Shown piece by piece: positions 44,890 to 56,448 of a stretch of 64,000 nt of DNA. Numbering within the stretch: position 1 is the stretch's first letter; every line of letters begins with the position of its first letter. Source of the DNA: Zancudomyces culisetae HAW-14-8 (lineage: Eukaryota; Fungi; Kickxellomycota); assembly GCA_052426225.1 (NCBI GenBank), contig JBNJNM010000011.1, positions 620,001 through 684,000 on the forward strand. Direction: 5' to 3'. The notes below the pieces were generated by a model that was not told the DNA's origin, ran no database searches, and was given only the letters and a program-made list of their open reading frames with translations. Position numbers and translations under genes: made by a program.

Positions 44890-47800
44890 TCAGGTGTGAT
44901 ATATTCCACTGTTAGAAGCAAATCTCGATGGACGAACATCAAACGAGTGGCATGTACCAATACCATTTGTTTTGTATTTATTATCCTTTGCAGAAAACGA
45001 TCCATGAAAGCCAAAGCTGTTTTCAAAAGAATACGCATTATCCACTCTGCTTATAAAAGATCCACCACCACACTGAGACAGTCTGCTTGCGTTATTTATT
45101 CGGCTAATTTTTGTCGCATCCTTATGTAGCGCTGTAGGAATGATACTAGGACTTTTCGTGACTGCCAAATGACCTGTCATGTTTGCCTGAATAGCAATCA
45201 TTTTATTACGTGACTTGGAACTATCCACTTTACGTATTAAGGTATCTTTTCCAGGTGAGAATGGCCCAACTCCCATCAAGGAGCTATCAAAGCTATTATG
45301 ATATCCCAAATCATTATTTACTACTGATCTCATCAATGGGTTGTTTGAAAATGGCGTAGATCTGTTGCTGTTTGTTTCTGGGATATAATCGGCAATATAC
45401 TTTGGTCTTTCGAGATAGCCTGCTCTTTCCCTTTCCATCTCGTGGCTTTTGTAAACAATCGCACTTTTGTTGTGTAAATAATCACCGCAGCTTTGTGGGC
45501 GAGTTCCCCTTAAATTAATGAGGTCTCTTTGACTCGCAAAGCTGCTGTTGGGGGACATTTCGTGATAAACGCCATCTCTTTCTATTTCTAATGTTTTTAG
45601 TGTATTTTTAGTTTGTTTTTACGCCTTTGAATTGACTTATATATGATGTAGCTATTATCAAAAGACAGCTACGCTTACCTCCCAACCTGGGGTTCGTTTG
45701 TACTATGTCGTAATATTTTTCAAACCTTTTTTCTCCAAGTACTGGCAAATACTCCGACTCATCCGTGAGTGTATGCAACGGATTCTTATCATTTTTAAGC
45801 TGCATGGATAGTGGGCTCGCGTTATAAATTCTTCCATTAGCTATTGAGCCAGCTAGTCCGCTTGTTCTCATTTTACCCTTATACGAAAAGCTACTTTGAG
45901 GGTTTTTGATACTGCGCAATAATTTGTATTGTGAATCTGTCCCGTACATATCGGTATCTATACTATTTAGTAAAGATCCAGTTATTACCATGCTTTGGAC
46001 AGACCTTTGTGGGTTGGTCGCTACCATATTAATACTCCTATTCTTTTGTCTGAATTCTGTGGACGAAAATGGATCAAATTCAGATGAGTTTGTACTAGAT
46101 GGAGCTTTAAACCTTCGAGTGTGTCTAGAAGCCATATAGTTTTTAGTTTCCTCTCTATGGCTGCCTGTACCTGAACACTCGAAATCTGTACCATTTCTAC
46201 CGTTTAGTTTCAAAAAGCTAAAATTTTTCCCTTTGAACTCATTTTGTAATGCTGTGAGCTTGGTAATGTTGTATTGAGCATTATGGTTGAAGGCCGTTGT
46301 ATTATTGCCATCAGCTTCCACATCTGTACTAGCTTTGTCGCCATCACTACTCCCATTGCTACTTCCATTACCACCATTACCACCACTACTACTGGTGCCG
46401 TTGCTACTACTACCACTAAACTTACTGCTATCATTACTTTGTGTACTGCCATTCGAACTCAGCGATTTGCTTTTTGTTAACCATTTTTGATAAGCATCCA
46501 GACTTTCATTTTTTATTAATCTGGGGCTCTGGTTGGGTACCACTAATTCACTCTTTGAGCGTTGTTTTACATCAAAATCCATTGTAAATCCTTCAAAACC
46601 AATAACTGGTGTGTTATTTCTATTATTATTGTCCAGGCTTCTGAGAGATCTAGCAATAACACCACCATCTATTGATTCTCTACTTGCTGTTTTTCCGTAT
46701 TCGTACATTCTGATGGAGCGTATTTCTGAAGCTGAATTATCAATGCTTTTATTTATATTACTAAGATTATCTGTGCAGTTGGTTGTCTCGTATCCATCTA
46801 ACATATCGCTAAAATATGTATTTGGTATAATAGCTGGGACGCTGGATAATCCCTTTTTATTGAGAACAGTCTGGTTGTGTTCTGTATTATCCAAACCCTC
46901 CTTGAGCAAATGATGCTCGACATTTACTTCGGCACCATCATTCAGTGTTCCATCAGCCGAGTTGCTTTTTGCTGACGTAAACGACAGGGGTAGTGATGAT
47001 GTTGTGTTGTTATAAAACTTTTTTGAATATTTGTTGGTATCTTCTATTAAACTAACACCAATATCCCTTGTCTTACCCTCCCTAACCTTGCTTTTTTTAT
47101 TATTCTTGGACTTAGTCTTAGCCCTACTATCGGTTGCTATGGGCTCTAAGCAAGTACTGTTAAGAGCGTTTGTCTTTTTACCGAATGCGGTGTTGTTCAA
47201 AGCTCTGCTTTTACGTCCAAGTTTACACCTGATGCTTGTCTCTTCGTTTCTGGCCGAGTTGTATCTAGTTAATGGATCTGGTTTTATAGACGTATTTTTA
47301 GTTTCGGTGCTACTTTTTCGGCTTTGTAGACTTGAGTGATACTGTTCCTTTATGTTTCTCTTCTTTTTTTCTTTTTTTTTAGTTTTATCTTTGGTTTTGG
47401 ATCTGTCCTTGTTCCTAGCGCCAACTTTGGTGGTAGTGGTGTAATCGCCATACACCTGTTGTTTTTTTTTGTGCCGAAAACTAATATCACTCGAATTTTT
47501 GCAATGTGTCTCAACCTGCTCGCCAATCTACTCTTTGCTTGACCACTGGCTACCATAGCAATAGCTCCCCATCATTTTATCCATATCGAGAAAAGGTGAA
47601 AGTGGCTCACTTCTAGCCTTGATGAATGGGCTGTTTCTGATCTTGCTGTGGATAAAGGAGTCGCTATCAGCTTTGATTATTGGTGACTGTGGAGAACGAC
47701 TCTGTTGGAATGATGAAAACTTTTGTGCCTTAATGCTTTGGTTGTGTGGATAGAACAGTTCAGAATTCGCGTGAATATTATTCAATTCAAACTCCAACTG

Positions 47801-48476
47801 GAGCTTTTTTTTTTTTGCAGCATCTTTACCCTTGTTGGTTATTCCTAACCCGATTCCATCAAATTCTGGGCTTGATTTTGCTCTTAGTGGACTACTCATG
47901 TAGGGTTTCTTTGCATACTTGATACTGTTCTTGTAGTTCATATCAGAAATAGATACATCAATAATTTCTGAAAACTCCTTAACAAGATCAAAGCTCGAAA
48001 ACTTGTTTCCGGTATTTAGTATCAGACTCCCAGTCGACTTTTTTGCTATATGTGAACTTGGTAGCCTCTCGTTTGTTATCCATTCAGAAGAAGTGTTATA
48101 TCCGGGGGCTTCATTGGATTCAAAATCCAAACCGTTTGCCAGTTCTTTAAAGTACTGCTCGGGTGACATTTTTCTTGGATACTCATTTTTTGCTTCTGGT
48201 ATATTTTTGTTATTTTTCCAGCCCTCTACATACGATAAACAGCATGCGTTAAATTTAGCGACGCGTACGAAATAATGGTATAGATTTATATTTTAACTTA
48301 CTTTGAATAACCCGCTTTGATAACAGAAAACGTGTTTTAAAAAACTTTTTGAGATTATTGTCGCTAGTTCTGAAAATGCTGGTATCAAGACTGGACAGCG
48401 AACAATCAGATCTTTCATAGTAGGTTTTTTCTTTTCTTTTTTTAAACACCCTTTTTAGTAGTTTTGCGAAACCCAT
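44890..48476 (-). CDS. Orphan Ser/Asn/Lys-rich disordered protein (about 1,140 codons, 3 exons) interrupted by one in-frame TAG at 47528-47530
   Basis: Introns at about 48301-48227 and 45678-45588 join ORFs in frame; ORFs 47528-48169 and 45608-47455 share a frame, with 24 sense codons between the TAG and the GTG at 47455. Confidence 0.65.
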
Positions 48477-50103
48477 CTTAAAATCCTATGATGCTTTGTT
48501 AAAGTAGATATATTACTAAAAATTATAAATTATAAAAACAAATGTTATCATATATGTATTGTGAAGATGAATGATGTGGGTGGAGGATGAGGCAGATGAA
48601 ATAAACACCGGAATGGTACATAAATATATATCTTCTACAGGCGTAATTGCGAGAAGCAATGGAAAGTGTCTTTGTAGTTTATAAAGATGTTTAATACATT
48701 TATGGTTCTTTGAGGCCTTATAATAGCTATAACAGAGATTGATACAAAGTATTGATTAAATATAAACTCGTCTGTTAATATTCCCAGTTAAAATTAAATA
48801 ACGCTGAACAAATACATCTGCGTTTGTAATAATAAAAAAAGATGTAGTTGAAAATATTGAGCGTATAACAACTAGCGTACTAAAAGTCAAAAACATGTTT
48901 GTCAGTTATTTTTTTAAATAATTATGTGTATAAAATCAACCTTTGAGTGATAAAAAAAGGGTATTGGCCATTGCGAATAAATGTTATTGATGTTGAGGCT
49001 GTGACTAGGTAATATTCCTTTAATTTCACGGAAATAGTGACTAAACGGAGTGATAGGGCACTACTACTCTATCAATAACCAACTACCTCTTGCAATGAAT
49101 AAAGAAAGCATAACTGATATCCAAATACTCCCAAAGTTAATTTTAAATTAGTGTGAGAATATTCTACCGCAACTGATACTTGTAATGTGGCCCATATACA
49201 CGAAGTTTCAGTTGGGGGAAGGTATTCTTGTTAGCTACAAAGGAAAAAAGAGCTAAAAGAAAAGCATGGTGATACGTTAGAGGGGGGCGGGGGAGGGGAA
49301 GTAGTTGTGGAGGAAAAGGAGATGGCCAAAACGACCAACCCGTCTTGTATGATAGACAAGCTTCTTTTCATCTCAAATTATTTTGTGGTCAACGACGGTG
49401 TAAGTATATATTTATAGCCATTCAAATTCATAATAATATCCAAAAACATAATGATTAATTAAAAAAAAACAAAATGAAAAAAAAAATAGCTCTGCTATTT
49501 GAACTACACAAGGTTAGAAATAACCAAAATACGGTGTAGTGGTGAAAAGGGTAAGAGGAATGAAAGTGCATACGCAGTATGGATTTCATTCCCATTGAAG
49601 GTTCAAATTTGCGGAAATCAAAACATAACCTGATGTTCATAAAATAATTGTCCAAAAAAAGTTAGAAAGAATGGCTTCAAAATCAGCATCAAGCTAATAT
49701 TGTGCGATTCTTGGGATAGGTTTCGTTCTCATAAAAGATAAAGTTTGTGGCAGTTCGCAGAAAAAAAAGTATGTGATGAACATTTGGCATCCACAGTTCA
49801 TGAATTCCTCCGACATGGTTTATTCAAAGTTCGTAGAAGTTGCACGGCAAAATACGTCGAGTGAAGATAGTTATAAACATCTGGTGATATGTAAATGAGC
49901 AAAATAGCCACGCTTTCAAAGAGTAGCCAAATTTCATTCATTTGTACGCTATAAGATGCTTATAACAATTTTCACTCGATATCAGGACAAGAGGTCAGAG
50001 AAAAAGCAGAACAGAGGATAAATAATTGCTGCATAAAATACATTGGGGTTCAGATGAGTGATGAAAGAATGAGTGATGGTGGGGCTATTGATTTGTCAAT
50101 TGC

Positions 50104-51000
50104 TTATAGTGATTTGTGTGATAATGTCGAGTTTGCTACTTTTCGCTGAAGTTGAGTAAGCCAGTTAACCAACCTGAGTGACAACGGAAGTAGGGGGAAG
50201 AATGCAATACCAACAACAACTGATGTAATTGAAATTGTGAAGCATATTGTTGCAATGGGCATATTTATAAGAGAATATAGTTGAGTTTTCAAAGAATATC
50301 CGTCCAAAATCTGCTTGGAAATCTTCTTGTGAAGCGAGGCTTTGGCTGAACTAGGCAAGATATTCTCAGGAAGCATGCGGTCCACATGACCACCAGGAGT
50401 ACATTGCTTGCAGGCTTCTGTTGTTGTTGCTGTGAGTGAATCGAATAGATTGAGAGTGAAGCTTCCAAAAGATCTTGAGACAACTGAGGAGGCCCAAAGA
50501 AGCGATAAACCCACAGGGTAGACGATCAGTGCGCACACACCGGTTAAAGTAAGCGATAATGTCATGCAGAAGGAAAGCATTGCAATCATGTTCTCGATAA
50601 TCTGGAAAAAAACCATTTTCCAGGCTTGTTTATCTGAAACTGGTCCCCAGTACTCGGATTTATTGCTGCAATCAACACACACTGTGGATGGGATGGGCAA
50701 AAACATTGGTTTTGGCTCAACATAGCTTGGAGGTCTGAGTTGCAGAGAAAAGTCGACACAAACGTGCTCTGTAGCGGGTTTTTGCTCAATAGCCTTCTTT
50801 GCATCGGAAGTTCTCAATGCTGCCGGAACAAGGTTATATGGGGGCAGATCGTCGCCATGTTCAGCACTGACATTAGCTTCTGGGAAGACTACGTCGTCAA
50901 TGACTTTTGCGTCCTCAGGAAAAGCTATTTGCTTTTTTTCGTCAAACGCTGTGGGGGTGAAATCCAAATTCACTTCTCTCAATATTGTAGTTTGCATCAT
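50104..51000 (-). CDS. Four-TM membrane protein with PY motifs and a 'putative sensor' (PF13796-like) duplicated hairpin
   Basis: 298-aa ORF; LPPY and PPSY in a soluble N-terminus; two similar hydrophobic hairpins (DKQAWKMVFF..YPVGLSLLWASS..SR; DGYSLKTQLY..FPLLPLSLRLVNW). Confidence 0.65.
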   Translation of the reverse strand: MMQTTILREVNLDFTPTAFDEKKQIAFPEDAKVIDDVVFPEANVSAEHGDDLPPYNLVPAALRTSDAKKAIEQKPATEHVCVDFSLQLRPPSYVEPKPMFLPIPSTVCVDCSNKSEYWGPVSDKQAWKMVFFQIIENMIAMLSFCMTLSLTLTGVCALIVYPVGLSLLWASSVVSRSFGSFTLNLFDSLTATTTEACKQCTPGGHVDRMLPENILPSSAKASLHKKISKQILDGYSLKTQLYSLINMPIATICFTISITSVVVGIAFFPLLPLSLRLVNWLTQLQRKVANSTLSHKSL

Positions 51001-51680
51001 TCTTTAATACTTTTTTTTCTTTCGTATCCAGACGTTCGTAAAATTTGTTTAAGCTATACGGTATGTTTTGGTAATAATCAAAATATGTATCTTAGCATCA
51101 ACTATTCTTTAAAATCGAGTTTTTTAAAAAAAGCTAATGACCTGTTTAGTAGTATTCAAACCGTTATGGCAAGCTAGAAAAAAAAACTTTTTTTTGGCAT
51201 TGGGTTCTGTCAGTTTGCTTTTGTTTTATATTATCAACATGTTTTTTTTTGTATGCAGTGATTTAATGAAAATCAGCTTTTTTTTTTTTGATGTTTTGTT
51301 TTTCGTTATAAATCCTTGTTGATTATTAACTTCCTCAATTTAGAAATATTTTTGATTAAATTGAAAGCATTTTTTATACATTTCCTACCAATGATCTGGT
51401 GGGATATGAGCATATCCGCACAAAATATATCTATAGCAAAAATTTGACGTGCAATATTTCATAAACCCCATGAGCAAGAAATGAAAACGGTGCGCTTCAA
51501 ATTTAGTAGTGTTGCATATTACATAAAATAACGAATTTTCAGAATCTCAGCTTATATCTATCTTGTTGGGAAAAAAAATAAGTATTTGAATTGCAAACTT
51601 TGTGAATCCAAAAAGCAAAACGTATTTTTGCTTTTAATTTAGTTTAGGATAGTTAAATTGCTTTCATTTGCAAAGTAGCA

Positions 51681-51735
51681 TACAAAAATACAAAAATACA
51701 AAAATACAAAAATACAAAAATACAAAAATACAAAA
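51681..51735. repeat. (TACAAAAA)x6-7 tandem repeat
   Basis: Direct 8-bp tandem repeat in intergenic DNA. Confidence 0.9.
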
Positions 51736-54700
51736 TAAATGTTACAAGGCTGGAGGTTTTTTAAAAAAGGAGAAAGACAGGGTATTGAGAAGTAGAGCTA
51801 TTTATACCAACATATATTATAGACTATACTGTATATAAATGGTACACCATTCTTATTCTATATATATCTTTTTAAATTCACCATTTGCACCTATATTGCA
51901 AATCGGATTGTTTTATTCTACCACAAAAGCAAGCTTTTTCCCCTCTAGTAAAATATTCGAAGCAATAACATGGAAAAAAAATTACTGAAAAATTGGCTAT
52001 CTTGGAAGCAAATGCAGTACTTATTTGCTTGAATTCAATTAGCTTACGGAAAGCTGTTTTTTGGTCAGTAACTACTCTTTGTGTTCAAAGGAAAATGTAT
52101 CAGAAAAACCTTATTCGAATAAAAACTATTCAAATCAGCTGTGTATTCGATAAAGAGTCTTTGAGATGTGTTTGAGCTTGTGAAGCCCCTTAATGTCAAA
52201 ATTCAGAGCTACCACTGGACTTCGCTAAAAGCATCCTCGCTACGTTCACTACTCCTAGCTGGAGTACTAAGGAAATGAGTATGTGAGTTTGAACCTTGCA
52301 CCCCTGATAGAATACAACATATTTACATCCCTTTGTTTCTTGGTTGCTGAGGAATCACTCATGCTGGTTATACTGCAAATCCGCCTTTCCAGGCTATTAC
52401 TCGCATTAACACAATATTATTCACTTTACACCGGCTTTTTTCTAATACATAAATAGAGGCATCTATCTGAGTTCCAGTTGGACGCCAATAACTAAGTGTA
52501 TTGGTGATTTTTGTTGGTTACATTAATATTTTATTTAGTATTGCCGCAAATTGCTACTTAGTGATTATTGATGCGAAAATTCCGAACATATTTGAAATTT
52601 CGCCTCTTTTATCCGTTTTACTACGCAAATAATTTTATTTTTAACCAGGTTTTACGTAACATTAATATTTGCAACTTATATTAGTTTTCTCGGACTCATT
52701 CATCAACAAGCGAACACACAAAGACAAAAACCATTTCACATGAATAAATCTACTACAAAGAAAGTATGGTTTGGTCAGTAGGTTTACGTTAATAGATTTT
52801 AATTTCTTGTGTGTTACATGGAATCAATATGTTATATACAATCTACGTTGAACAACCGCAAACTCCTTCAAGCGAAACAACTTGATTGCTCTATAAAAGC
52901 CTTAGCTTTTTTCATTCATAACGCATTTTTCTCTCAACATTCGTCATCGCAAAGCCAAAATGAGCTGCTTATCTAAAGAAAAGGAGCGGACGCATATTCA
53001 CTAAAATTCTGATAACAAATAGCACAACACCTGATATATAAAATCACAAATTATAAACTATCTGGATACTTGGACACTAGAATTTTCCTACCACCGCATA
53101 CACACTAGCTTAAATTTTTTAAAAAGCCCAAGTGTATTCTGATGGTTATTAGAGGTTATCACTATTCTATGCCCACTTTAGATTGCTGTCGCTGTGGGAC
53201 ATACAAATGGTTATAGGTAGAGTCTGACCACTGATATGAACACACAGCCCCTATCACAGCATTCCCAACCCATAGGATCCTGTGTCATGAAGGGAGCAAC
53301 CCTAGCTATATGGCGTCCAATAAAAAATTGACCATGCCGAGGGATTTACAGTATCTTGGAATACATTTGTTTATGTAAGACGGTTATTTCAGACTAAAAG
53401 TGTATATATATATTTGTGTCCAATATATCTATTTTAGTTGCTTTGAGCTTTTATAAAACAGATACCATCAAAGAAGCTGGTCTAAATCTATTTTCTGACG
53501 ATAATCCTAAAAAAAAATCGATCTGGTTATCATATATTGCACACTATCAATGTACATCCACTACTTGATACACTATCGCATATATTTTTTACTATAGCAG
53601 CTTATAATTGATTAGCATTGGGGAAAGTTAATAAGCAGCTATAGGGCCATGTGCTTAATATAGCAACTTTTGACTGTAATTTTAAATACTCAATGCAGTA
53701 CTGTCCCAAGAACAGCATGTATAGCACGATGAGACTATTTGGTCCTGCTTGTTTTTCGACCTTATAAGCATTGTATTTTTTATCTTGATGAGTCGTTTTC
53801 ACTTCATCATTTCAGCTCAGCTAAATCTGTCATAAAATTTATGTTTCCCTCCGCAACAGAAAGATTTAAATATATGGCGTGCCTTCGCCTTATAAAATAG
53901 GTGAAAAGCCGGTGTAAAATATTGGCGATTCACAAGAATACTTGTAAGTATTCAGCAAGATCCCAAACTTTGTTGGAGAATTTTCCCACACCCATGATCA
54001 AAAAACTAATAATGCATTTTTTGAATGCTGTGCTCATTTATCAACAGGAGCGACTTCCATTTAATTAAGCCTGCCGTTCAATGTGTATTTAATAGATTCA
54101 CCGAACAGATAAAAAAAGAGAAAACTGTCTTCTACTGCATCTAGATACATGTATAATACTGAAACTTTCATATGTTTGAGCTACCAACATAAATATTTGC
54201 AGTATATTGACTTTTTGAAAATTGTAAATCATCTGCCTAAATACTTGATTTTAAGTAATTAATAAGTGGCACCATTTTTTGAATAAATAGTTAAATAAAT
54301 GTAAAATAATGCACTTATACCGTTTGTTTTATATAACGCTGAGCAAGGAGTATTGCTCGATAGAACTCCAAACATGTCACTATGTATGCCACATGACCTT
54401 TTTTTAAATATGTACAAAAGGTGAGAAAATTGATTTAGGTTTTTTTAATACATTAAATCGTGTTGGATTACTAATACGCTAAACTCCGAACCAAAAAATC
54501 AACACCAGTGCAAAGAATGCACCCCCCCAGTATTTCAGCGTAGTTCCCTTATGAGCAATGTTGGGAGTTCTGATCTGCTCTTAACGCGCAAAACGGGGCA
54601 TGCAGTTATGATATTCCGCATATGCACTGTTTCCACCACTTACTCCAATATTGTGGCTTACCATATTTTATATAACACAGAAAGAATCACGTTCAGCGAA

Positions 54701-55113
54701 AAATTACCACTTGGATCATAACTCCAGATAAAAATTTTTTTCTTCAATAATATTCTCGTTTGTGATTTGCTATTAGTATTGCTTTTGGGATAAATAAATG
54801 TTGAAATGCAGGGTATTATGGGCATTTAGATTTGCGTTTTAACTGAATGCTACAAAATGATTCATTATTATTCAAGGTACAAATAAAGCAAAAGGCAAGA
54901 CAAAAAAGAATAAATAAAAGGGCATTGACCCTTATTTGCACTAGTTCTCATAGATATAAATGAAGAAAACCCGAAAAAAAGGAGTTTGGTTGAGGGTAGT
55001 CTATTTTTAATGCTTTGTGAAGATCCACATTTTTGTAGGAAAAAGATATCGTGTGGTTTTATAGATAATTACTAACGAGATAACTGACAGAACAACATAA
55101 CATCAAAGATCTA

Positions 55114-56448
55114 ATGAAGGCCGAAAACAATTCATTGAGTGTGGACGTGTTTGAGGGGACAGATCATGAGGAAGAGAGGAGAGGACTTCTCAATCAACTT
55201 AAACTCTTTGGGAAAAAAGTGGCTGACAGGGACCATTTTGAACAAGATAAAGGATATGCCTTTGTAATCATGGCTATCTGTTTTTTGATCCTTGCAATTC
55301 TTTTCTCTTGCTTTTTTGCCTTTGGGTTGTTTGAGGCATATTTTCTAGAAGTTATGTTTCCTCATGAAACAGCAGAAAAAATCTCATGGATTGGAACAAC
55401 AATATCAACGGCAGCGCAATGCTTTGGAATGATCGCAGGACCTACGATGAACCGACTGGGCGTTAAAAATACAATTATGTTGGGTCTTGTGATTCAAGCC
55501 ATAGGTTACACTTTGGCGTCTTTTTCCACAAAGGTATGGGAGCTAATTTTAACTTTGGGTATAGTTGCAGGGTTTGGTTCGGCAATAGCTCTAAATTGTG
55601 TACTTACAGTGGGAACTCTATGGTTTAATAAGCGCCGAACTCTCGGTTTGGGCGTAATTCTATCAGCAGGCTCAATCGGTGCGATAATTTTTATACCAAT
55701 TCTTTCCTTTACTTTAAGAAGCTATGGTTGGCCTTGGACTATCCGAATTCTGGCTATACTAAACCTGGTACTGATATTACCCTCTTATGCCTTCCTAAAA
55801 GATCAAAAGGATTTCAAGTCATTGAACAATATACTTGATTTTGGCTTACTAAAAGACCCTTATTTGCTCTTGGTATTAGTACTATCCTTTTTTCAAGAAA
55901 TTGGGTATACAGTAATTTTATTTTATTTTCAAGCGAGTCTAGTCAGTCTCGGGGTCAGTCATGCTGTAGCATACAATACAACAATGGTATTCTTTGCCAC
56001 TGCACTTGTTGGTAAGATGTCGGTGGCATTTCTTGCGAATAGAATAGGCCCAAAGACGCTTATCGTGGTATCAGCTTTTACTACAGGTATCTCGACGCTA
56101 ACATTGTGGTATTTAAGCACGAGTTTAACTGTCAGCCTGATATTTTATGTCGTTGCTGGTTTGTTCAGTTCAAATACGTTTTCTATCACCCCAATGTTAA
56201 TAGCAGCATATTTCAAACGTACACAAATTTCTCAGGCAAATGCGCTAGTTTATTTGGTATATGGATCCTCAATCCTAATTTTTGGACCAATTCTAGGTGT
56301 TGTCTTTGATAAGCTTGGAAATAGAACGTCGTTTTCGGGTGTTATAGTTATAGGTGGTGCCTCATATATACTGTCTGGAATGGCTACAATTGTACTGATA
56401 ATATTTGCTAGAAAGCGGATACCCAAGTTTAAGACTGGACCTATTTAG
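55114..56448 (+). CDS. MFS transporter, monocarboxylate porter (MCT/Mch) family
   Basis: About 12 TM segments; DKGYAF, FGLFEAYF, ISWIGT, MNRLGVK, WFNKRRTLGLG, YGWPW, ANRIGPK. Confidence 0.92.
   Translation: MKAENNSLSVDVFEGTDHEEERRGLLNQLKLFGKKVADRDHFEQDKGYAFVIMAICFLILAILFSCFFAFGLFEAYFLEVMFPHETAEKISWIGTTISTAAQCFGMIAGPTMNRLGVKNTIMLGLVIQAIGYTLASFSTKVWELILTLGIVAGFGSAIALNCVLTVGTLWFNKRRTLGLGVILSAGSIGAIIFIPILSFTLRSYGWPWTIRILAILNLVLILPSYAFLKDQKDFKSLNNILDFGLLKDPYLLLVLVLSFFQEIGYTVILFYFQASLVSLGVSHAVAYNTTMVFFATALVGKMSVAFLANRIGPKTLIVVSAFTTGISTLTLWYLSTSLTVSLIFYVVAGLFSSNTFSITPMLIAAYFKRTQISQANALVYLVYGSSILIFGPILGVVFDKLGNRTSFSGVIVIGGASYILSGMATIVLIIFARKRIPKFKTGPI

Noticed and set aside
52270-52320. GGTTCAAAC B-box/T-loop-like motif on the minus strand
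   Set aside because: Flanking bases do not form a T-stem or cloverleaf; no tRNA supportable without tRNAscan-SE.
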